This document shows, one piece after another, positions 38,963 to 43,363 of a stretch of 43,363 bases of DNA (positions are counted from its first letter, which is position 1; each line of letters opens with the position of its first letter). The position numbers and the translations under genes are program-made. The DNA comes from a virus. The stretch lies in IMG/VR virus record IMGVR_UViG_3300037511_000195; one strand, 5' to 3'. Under the pieces are notes generated by a model. The model was given only the letters and a program-made list of their open reading frames with translations, did not search any database and was not told where the DNA came from.

Positions 38963-40020
38963 ATCAGATAGCCATCCGATTTCCCTTGCATGCCTAATTG
39001 CCGGTGCTATAAGGGCCGTAGTTCGCGGTCTCATGCGACTAACAGATTTACCCGGCGCGAGCCGGACAGAAGCCCGTTAGGTGTTTGAGACCACCAAAGC
39101 GGGCTTCCTCGTTTTGAGGGTGTTCTTTGAGAAGTGCGGCGGCGTGGAATTTGACACGCAGCTTTAACGATGAGTCGGACATTCGACCTAAGGTCTATGG
39201 TTAAGCGGCTGTGAGACTCGCAGCCTTGCCGATTCGGCCCGCACTTCTCAGAGAACTCCGCGAGGATGTTCTTTCCAAGCTTCGTCGCATCGTGCGTGTA
39301 GACACGCTGGCCACCGGCCATCACCCGATGCACGAGCACGCAATCCGTGTCTGCGACCGAATACGGGGCCGAGATCGTATCAACAGGAGCCTAGACGCGC
39401 AGATGAACAGGTGCCGGTAAAGACCCAAGGGAGCATACCCCGAGGGAGCAAAGAGCCGAACAGGGCTGGCACACGGAAGTTGACCGGGGGCATCCCGCTT
39501 CGAGAACCTGAACGCACAAAGTCCGCCAGATAGCGCGGCGCATCAGGAAACAAGGCGGTGAAACAAGCGGTCAGCACGGCAGGGGCGTCACACCTGCTAT
39601 GAGCGGCTTCCAACTCGCAAGAGTCCAGAAGCCGACTGAGGATGAAGGTTAAAGACCTTCACTCGGGAAGTATTCGCAGCTTCCGGCTGTACGCATACTT
39701 CTCAGTAATGGGTGTGGAGGGATTTGTTACGCCCAGAGTAGACCAAGATCGCTCCTTCGATAGCCCGCAGCCGCCCATGGACCTCGTACACCACCCATCG
39801 CTGCCTCTCGGCCAAAGGGTGCTGCGCACCTCGCTTCGCTCGCCCTTCGGGCCTTCGACCTCGCGTCAGCCTTAATCTCGTGTACAGAGGACGCTGCGCT
39901 GTGCTTTCCACACGAGGGTCAGGAAGCAACAATCTGCTGCTGACCTCGTACGCGTTAACTCGTAGCTAGGGGCAATCGGCAATGCGGAACCTCCGTCGTC
40001 TCATGCTTGCTAGGAGGACC
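38963..40020. ncRNA. Candidate large structured non-coding RNA (family and strand unknown)
   Basis: About 1.06 kb with no credible ORF in any frame. It is dense in helices: an 18-bp long-range pairing (39122-39139 / 39239-39256), hairpins at 39052-39065 (GCGA loop), 39069-39107, 39613-39624 (GCAA loop) and 39644-39660, and a 10-bp bulged stem at 39912-39949. It is adjacent to a tRNA. Confidence 0.45.
38986..39013 (+). promoter_or_regulatory. Candidate sigma70-type promoter on the plus strand
   Basis: TTGCAT (38986-38991), a 16-nt spacer, then TATAAG (39008-39013). It points into the ORF-free block. Confidence 0.3.
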
Positions 40021-40022
40021 CG

Positions 40023-40063
40023 CTGTTATTTATCATATGTGACAAATAACTGTTATATAACAG
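40023..40063. promoter_or_regulatory. AT-rich operator-like palindromes
   Basis: A perfect 14-bp palindrome CTGTTATATAACAG (40050-40063), plus an upstream CTGTTAT half-site (40023-29) facing AATAACTG (40045-52). This is the only strongly AT-rich stretch of the block. Confidence 0.45.
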
Positions 40064-40194
40064 CAGTGTGGATATTAACCCTTAGAATACGCAGCCCCCG
40101 TATGCCGACGATGCTCCTGTGATGCATGCGTATCTATCACATCAATAGCCACTTAGGATTACCCGTCCGCGCATTAATCCGTTGTTTGACAGTA

Positions 40195-40404
40195 TCAACG
40201 CAAATGCAGCCATCCCCTCAAGCAAGCGAACAGGTCGTCCACGAGCAGCGCCCCGGCCCAGACCATCCCTATGGACGCCATAATAGCCACCAGAACAGCC
40301 ACCCACATTGGCGCCATAGGTTCAGGATTTTTGGGCATGGGCGGCTTCGGCATGATTGTTAGCCACACCGAATCTCCATTTTGGCTAGCGCGTTTCGTTT
40401 TCAT
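40195..40404 (-). CDS. Small membrane protein (69 aa)
   Basis: The ATG at 40404 (MKTKRASQNGDSVWLTIMPKPP...) and one TM segment (MWVAVLVAIMASIGMVWAGALLV). It starts 8 nt after the RHH gene stop. Confidence 0.45.
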   Translation of the reverse strand: MKTKRASQNGDSVWLTIMPKPPMPKNPEPMAPMWVAVLVAIMASIGMVWAGALLVDDLFACLRGWLHLR

Positions 40405-40411
40405 TGGCGGA

Positions 40412-40597
40412 TTATTTGGCAGCGGTTTGCCTCTCCCTGGCCCAAAGGTCCAACACACGCCCCGGCGTCTTACGCTCCTCCTCGCTGGTATCCACCTCCT
40501 TGCGGATGGCCTTCAGGGTGGGTTCCTGGACGTAAACGACGAGACGCTGGCGATCTTCTGGCGGTCTCCCGCCGTTGCTCTTTTTCTTGCGCGGCAT
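40412..40597 (-). CDS. Ribbon-helix-helix regulator (61 aa from the ATG at 40597)
   Basis: MPRKKKSNGGRPPEDRQRLVVYVQEPTLKAIRKEV... has a basic arm, a beta-strand and helices. The track start at 40630 is a GTG inside the operator palindrome. Confidence 0.5.
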   Translation of the reverse strand: MPRKKKSNGGRPPEDRQRLVVYVQEPTLKAIRKEVDTSEEERKTPGRVLDLWARERQTAAK

Positions 40598-40621
40598 GGG
40601 TTCCTTGTAGGCACTGAATCG

Positions 40622-40682
40622 CTTGTGCACAAGTATTTTCTATCCGGCATGAAAAGATAACAGAAATAGTTCTTGTGCACAA
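40622..40682. promoter_or_regulatory. Divergent early control region with two TTGTGCACAA palindromes
   Basis: cTTGTGCACAAg at 40622-40633 (a 12-bp perfect palindrome) and TTGTGCACAA at 40673-40682, centres 50 bp apart. The region lies between the minus RHH gene and the plus early operon. Confidence 0.6.
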
Positions 40683-40750
40683 CAAGCATGTCTGCCATCC
40701 TTCCTCCCGTCAGCAGCAATCACGCGGCTGGCGAAACTCCGACGAAAACC

Positions 40751-40909
40751 ATGAACTCTACTCCGAATCCCAATCGCCTGAAACCCGGCCACTACTGGTG
40801 CGTCATCGACCAGCGCGGACGCCAAATCCACGGCGGCACCAATCGCCGCGCGGCTCTGCGGGTCCAGAAGGGCACCAGCTTCAAGCTCGTCCAGCGCCCC
40901 AAGAACTAA
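40751..40909 (+). CDS. Hypothetical small basic protein; first gene of the plus operon
   Basis: MNSTPNPNRLKPGHYWCVIDQRGRQIHGGTNRRAALRVQKGTSFKLVQRPKN. An alternative in-frame ATG at 40688 cannot be excluded. Confidence 0.45.
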   Translation: MNSTPNPNRLKPGHYWCVIDQRGRQIHGGTNRRAALRVQKGTSFKLVQRPKN

Positions 40910-40960
40910 CTCTCCTTCGTCGGAGACCGGAGGATCGCGGGAGGCGACCCGGTCCGGACG

Positions 40961-41197
40961 ATGAGCTACCTACAGACACTTATGGGAACGAATAGCACTA
41001 TGGAGGAAAAGCCCAGGACCGTCTATGTTCTGCGCACGCGTTTCGATGAATCGCATCCTTGGGAGCCGCCGCAGTATTTTCGCACCCGCAAGGAACGAAA
41101 TGACACCGAGCGCACGGCCCGCTGCCTATGGGGTATCCGCACGCACTCTTTTGAGGAAAAGAAGACGCCCTCGGAAATCGAGGAACTTTGCGAATAG
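40961..41197 (+). CDS. Hypothetical protein (78 aa; alternative start at 41000)
   Basis: Protein-like sequence (TVYVLRTRFDESHPWEPPQYFRTRKERND...). Confidence 0.45.
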   Translation: MSYLQTLMGTNSTMEEKPRTVYVLRTRFDESHPWEPPQYFRTRKERNDTERTARCLWGIRTHSFEEKKTPSEIEELCE

Positions 41198-41219
41198 CCA
41201 CCCAGCCCGCCTAGCCGCC

Positions 41220-41492
41220 ATGCAATACGAACTTACTTCGTCAAATCCGGCGCAGCAGCCCATATGCTTGCCTCTTTACGAATGGATTGACGATCAACTC
41301 TGCCACAACCTGGAAGTCGATGGGGATCTCGAAAGAATGCAGGCACAGATCCGCAGGCTCTCCCATGCCCTTTCGATCATGGCCGACCGGCTGATGAATG
41401 CACGGCTTCTGACTACGGAGGATTTAGAGAAGCTCGTGAACCATCCCGGCTGGCCCCGGTTGCCCAAAATTGTTTCCGACAATCACCCCTAA
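41220..41492 (+). CDS. Hypothetical protein (90 aa)
   Basis: The ATG at 41220 (MQYELTSSNPAQQ...). The upstream part of track ORF 41025..41492 overlaps the previous gene and is Arg-rich. Confidence 0.5.
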   Translation: MQYELTSSNPAQQPICLPLYEWIDDQLCHNLEVDGDLERMQAQIRRLSHALSIMADRLMNARLLTTEDLEKLVNHPGWPRLPKIVSDNHP

Positions 41493-41497
41493 CCGCC

Positions 41498-42004
41498 ATG
41501 CCGACACCCAAAACGCCAACGCCCGAACAGCTCGCCAACATTGAGGCCGCAAGGGCTGCTCATGATCGCGGCGAAATCGTTCAATTCCGCAGCCGGGACT
41601 CAAAAGAAGGCAGGCCCATTGATTGGGCCATCTACGAGGAGCCATTTACTTGGTGGGAAGGCTATGAATATCGAACAGCGCCGCGCGTGAATAATGCGCC
41701 CTACCGGGTGATGCCGGAGATGCCAGCAAGCAAACAGAATTGCATCCAATGCCTTCACATCGTGGATGCGGATGGCAATCTGGTGGTGCGTGTCTCCGAT
41801 TGCCCGCATACCAGCGCGACCACCCTTCAGCGCGCATACGCCGACCACATCGTGCGCTGCGTAAACGCTAGCGACAAGCTCGTGGCGGCGCTGAAGTTCT
41901 ACGCCAATCCTGAGAACTGGGATTATCCCGGCACGCCCGGTAACTCTCCCGCAGCCCACTTGGACGATGGAGACACAGCCCGCGAAGCACTCAAAGACCT
42001 ATGA
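41498..42004 (+). CDS. Hypothetical protein (168 aa)
   Basis: ATG start and ATGA coupling to the next gene. Confidence 0.55.
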   Translation: MPTPKTPTPEQLANIEAARAAHDRGEIVQFRSRDSKEGRPIDWAIYEEPFTWWEGYEYRTAPRVNNAPYRVMPEMPASKQNCIQCLHIVDADGNLVVRVSDCPHTSATTLQRAYADHIVRCVNASDKLVAALKFYANPENWDYPGTPGNSPAAHLDDGDTAREALKDL

Positions 42005-42309
42005 GCACACCGACCAAACCGCCCAAATATTACGCCGATAAATTCGGCTTAATACGAGACACAAAGACAAAGGAATCCCTGCCGATGAAAGATATAGTGC
42101 GTGGCGTCAACGCTGCCTCCGCCGTCCCTGCGGCCATTGAGGCGCTGGAGAAAGGGATTGCCGATATCGAGCGGCTTGATCGCGAAATCGACAGGCACAA
42201 TGATGATTGCGATCCAGAGGAGACAATCGGAATACAGTTCCAAGCGGAAATCATTGCCTCTCTCAAGCACTTGCGCGCCGCCCTGGCCGCGCTGAAGGGA
42301 GACCAATGA
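42001..42309 (+). CDS. Hypothetical protein (102 aa)
   Basis: ATGA coupling at both ends. Confidence 0.55.
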   Translation: MSTPTKPPKYYADKFGLIRDTKTKESLPMKDIVRGVNAASAVPAAIEALEKGIADIERLDREIDRHNDDCDPEETIGIQFQAEIIASLKHLRAALAALKGDQ

Positions 42310-42482
42310 GCCGGAAGCAACAAGTTAAACGGAGGTTTCCAAAGGCTTACTGTGTGCGGATGGATAACCGAACCGGCTATTTGGTGTGGCCGCAAAAGGG
42401 AACCGCTCCACGCGGCGTAATGCGTTGCGCTATTGGATTCGGAACCACGGCCCGCGCCGCATGGCAAAGCGTTACAATATGA
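42306..42482 (+). CDS. Hypothetical small basic protein (58 aa)
   Basis: The ATG at 42306 overlaps the upstream stop (MSRKQQVKRRFPKAYCVRMD...). Confidence 0.45.
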   Translation: MSRKQQVKRRFPKAYCVRMDNRTGYLVWPQKGTAPRGVMRCAIGFGTTARAAWQSVTI

Positions 42483-42517
42483 AATCGTTTCCCGCCCCTG
42501 ACCGCAAAGCCTGAACT

Positions 42518-42748
42518 ATGAACAACGAACCTATTGAATACGGAAAAACCGACATGACCGCAGCGGCGCTCATTGAGCGAGCCGTAAGATCGCCGTTGGG
42601 ATGGAAGATGGCCAGCATGCGATGGGCCGCAGTTGCCGACGTTTTTAAGCTCGGCTCACGTAGCGCGATCTCCATCTGTGAAGCCGCTGGCTATCCTGCG
42701 CACGAGACTAAGCAAGAATTTAAGCGCCGCATGAAGGAGCAGCCATGA
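42518..42748 (+). CDS. Hypothetical protein (76 aa)
   Basis: ATG start and ATGA coupling downstream. Confidence 0.5.
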   Translation: MNNEPIEYGKTDMTAAALIERAVRSPLGWKMASMRWAAVADVFKLGSRSAISICEAAGYPAHETKQEFKRRMKEQP

Positions 42749-43363
42749 CCCCCACCAAATCCACAGCGCCGGAAGCGCCGGAACTGAAGCCGTGCCCGCA
42801 CTGTAATGGACCCGCTGAAAACTGCCGCGTCGCCCATGTCCCGATGTTTACCATGGTTGGATGCAAGGCATGCGAGTGCCATGTCAGGCACGTATCGGAA
42901 CAGGAAGCCATTCGCCATTGGAACACCCGCCACACCCCTCCCGCTGCCGGGTGGATGGAGGGGGTAAAGGAAGCCGTTCACGAGGCCGCTGGGCGCATTA
43001 TCGTGCGGTCGAATGACGTGATGCACACCAGCGACCCGACCGACTCATTTAGCGAGCTTAAGCGCGAAGAGGTCGAGGACATCATTCTCGGCCATCTGGA
43101 AGAGAAAGGCGTTACACACGCCCCCGACGTTGCCAAGCTGGAGGCTCTACTAAAACAAGAGGGCCTTCCAACTGAAGACATCGGGGCAGCGGTTTGCGGG
43201 CTCGTCATGGGAAACAAAATCGTTCACTCCGAAAAGGCAAAGCTGGAGGCGGAGCTAGATCAACTTCGGGGCTATACCAGTGAATTGCAAATTGAGGCTG
43301 ACCGGCGCAGCGATAAAATACGCAAGCTGGAGAGGGAAGTGGACGACCTAAAAGACCGATGGA
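42745..43363 (+). CDS. Lar-family (restriction-alleviation-like) zinc domain fused to a long coiled coil; runs off the window and continues at 128-333
   Basis: ELKPCPHCNGPAEN...VGCKACECHV...EQEAIRHWNTRH matches the Lar-family pattern (KPCPFCGG...C..C...eAi.aWN.R). There is no stop before 43363. The full circular ORF is 274 aa. Confidence 0.7.
   Translation, partial: MTPTKSTAPEAPELKPCPHCNGPAENCRVAHVPMFTMVGCKACECHVRHVSEQEAIRHWNTRHTPPAAGWMEGVKEAVHEAAGRIIVRSNDVMHTSDPTDSFSELKREEVEDIILGHLEEKGVTHAPDVAKLEALLKQEGLPTEDIGAAVCGLVMGNKIVHSEKAKLEAELDQLRGYTSELQIEADRRSDKIRKLEREVDDLKDRW
43237..43363. repeat. Terminal direct repeat copy 2 (identical to 1-127)
   Basis: See copy 1. Confidence 0.95.

Noticed and set aside
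39122-39256. The 18-bp inverted repeat considered as the terminal inverted repeats of a MITE-like element.
   Set aside because: There is no target-site duplication at the flanks. The 99-bp interior is itself hairpin-rich and embedded in a larger structured region. An RNA helix is the simpler reading.
39385-39600. Short resemblances to bacterial RNase P RNA conserved blocks: AAAGTCCGCC, GGAGCAAAGAGCCGAACAGGG, GGTGAAAC, AGATGAAC and GAGAACC.
   Set aside because: The blocks are not colinear with RNase P RNA, even allowing circular permutation. The P4 pairing partners are missing and the matches are short. I treat this as coincidence, pending a covariance-model scan.
39130-39600. ORF-less group II intron, suggested by GTGCG at 39135 and an 11-nt AACAAGGCGGT match to a remembered intron 3' region.
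   Set aside because: There is no domain V-like AGC...GNRA...hairpin, no reverse transcriptase ORF anywhere in the genome, and no flanking exon.
38350-40362. Track ORFs inside the non-coding block: 38350..38742, 38500..38820, 38682..38951, 39031..39339, 39211..39420, 39380..39613, 39642..39875, 39702..39932 and 40126..40362.
   Set aside because: They overlap one another in different phases and several run through the tRNA. They are Arg/Pro/Gly/Cys-rich, and none has a coupled start or any motif. Only the first ~30 residues of 39031..39339 look faintly protein-like, which is not enough for a call.

Overview
The window is a complete, circularly closed genome of a GC-rich temperate tailed phage with siphovirus-like gene content. 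Its unique length is 43,236 bp, because bases 1-127 recur exactly at 43237-43363. Almost all genes lie on the minus strand and abut or overlap by 1-4 nt (ATGA junctions). I used these junctions to trim many N-terminal extensions in the supplied ORF track.

Minus-strand modules, by coordinate:
- Replication and recombination (1.1-14.3 kb): an AEP primase-polymerase fused to a DnaB-like helicase, an HNH-like Zn protein, a winged-helix initiator-like protein, a PAPS-reductase-like protein, Ead/Ea22-like proteins, a RuvC-like resolvase, a YqaJ exonuclease, an ERF-like annealase and SSB.
- Lysogeny (14.3-17.3 kb): an HNH endonuclease, an excisionase-like HTH protein, two divergent RHH regulators, a tyrosine integrase, and an attP-like region carrying a tRNA-Leu(CAA) 5' half.
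- Tail and head (17.9-37.5 kb): tailspike, tape-measure-like protein, a G/GT-type -1 frameshift chaperone, tube and connector proteins, a protease::HK97-type capsid fusion, portal and GpA/Nu1-type terminase. A glycosyltransferase / methyltransferase / TPR-glycosyltransferase cassette is embedded among the head-tail genes.
- Lysis (37.5-38.4 kb): a GH75-like hydrolase, a 46-aa TM peptide and a lipoprotein.

A plus-strand operon of small early genes runs from 40.7 kb through the closure junction to 0.98 kb. Within it, the junction-spanning gene encodes a Lar-like/coiled-coil protein.

The most unusual region is an ORF-free, helix-rich block of about 1.8 kb (38.4-40.2 kb). It contains an atypical tRNA-Pro(UGG), two tRNA-arm-like repeats and about 1 kb of candidate large structured RNA. 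Two over-represented, strand-specific intergenic motifs are also unexplained by any annotated feature: CCGAAACATGA (7 copies) and GCAAGTAAnTTGCG (4 copies).

All functional calls rest on motif recognition by eye. No database search or folding program was available.
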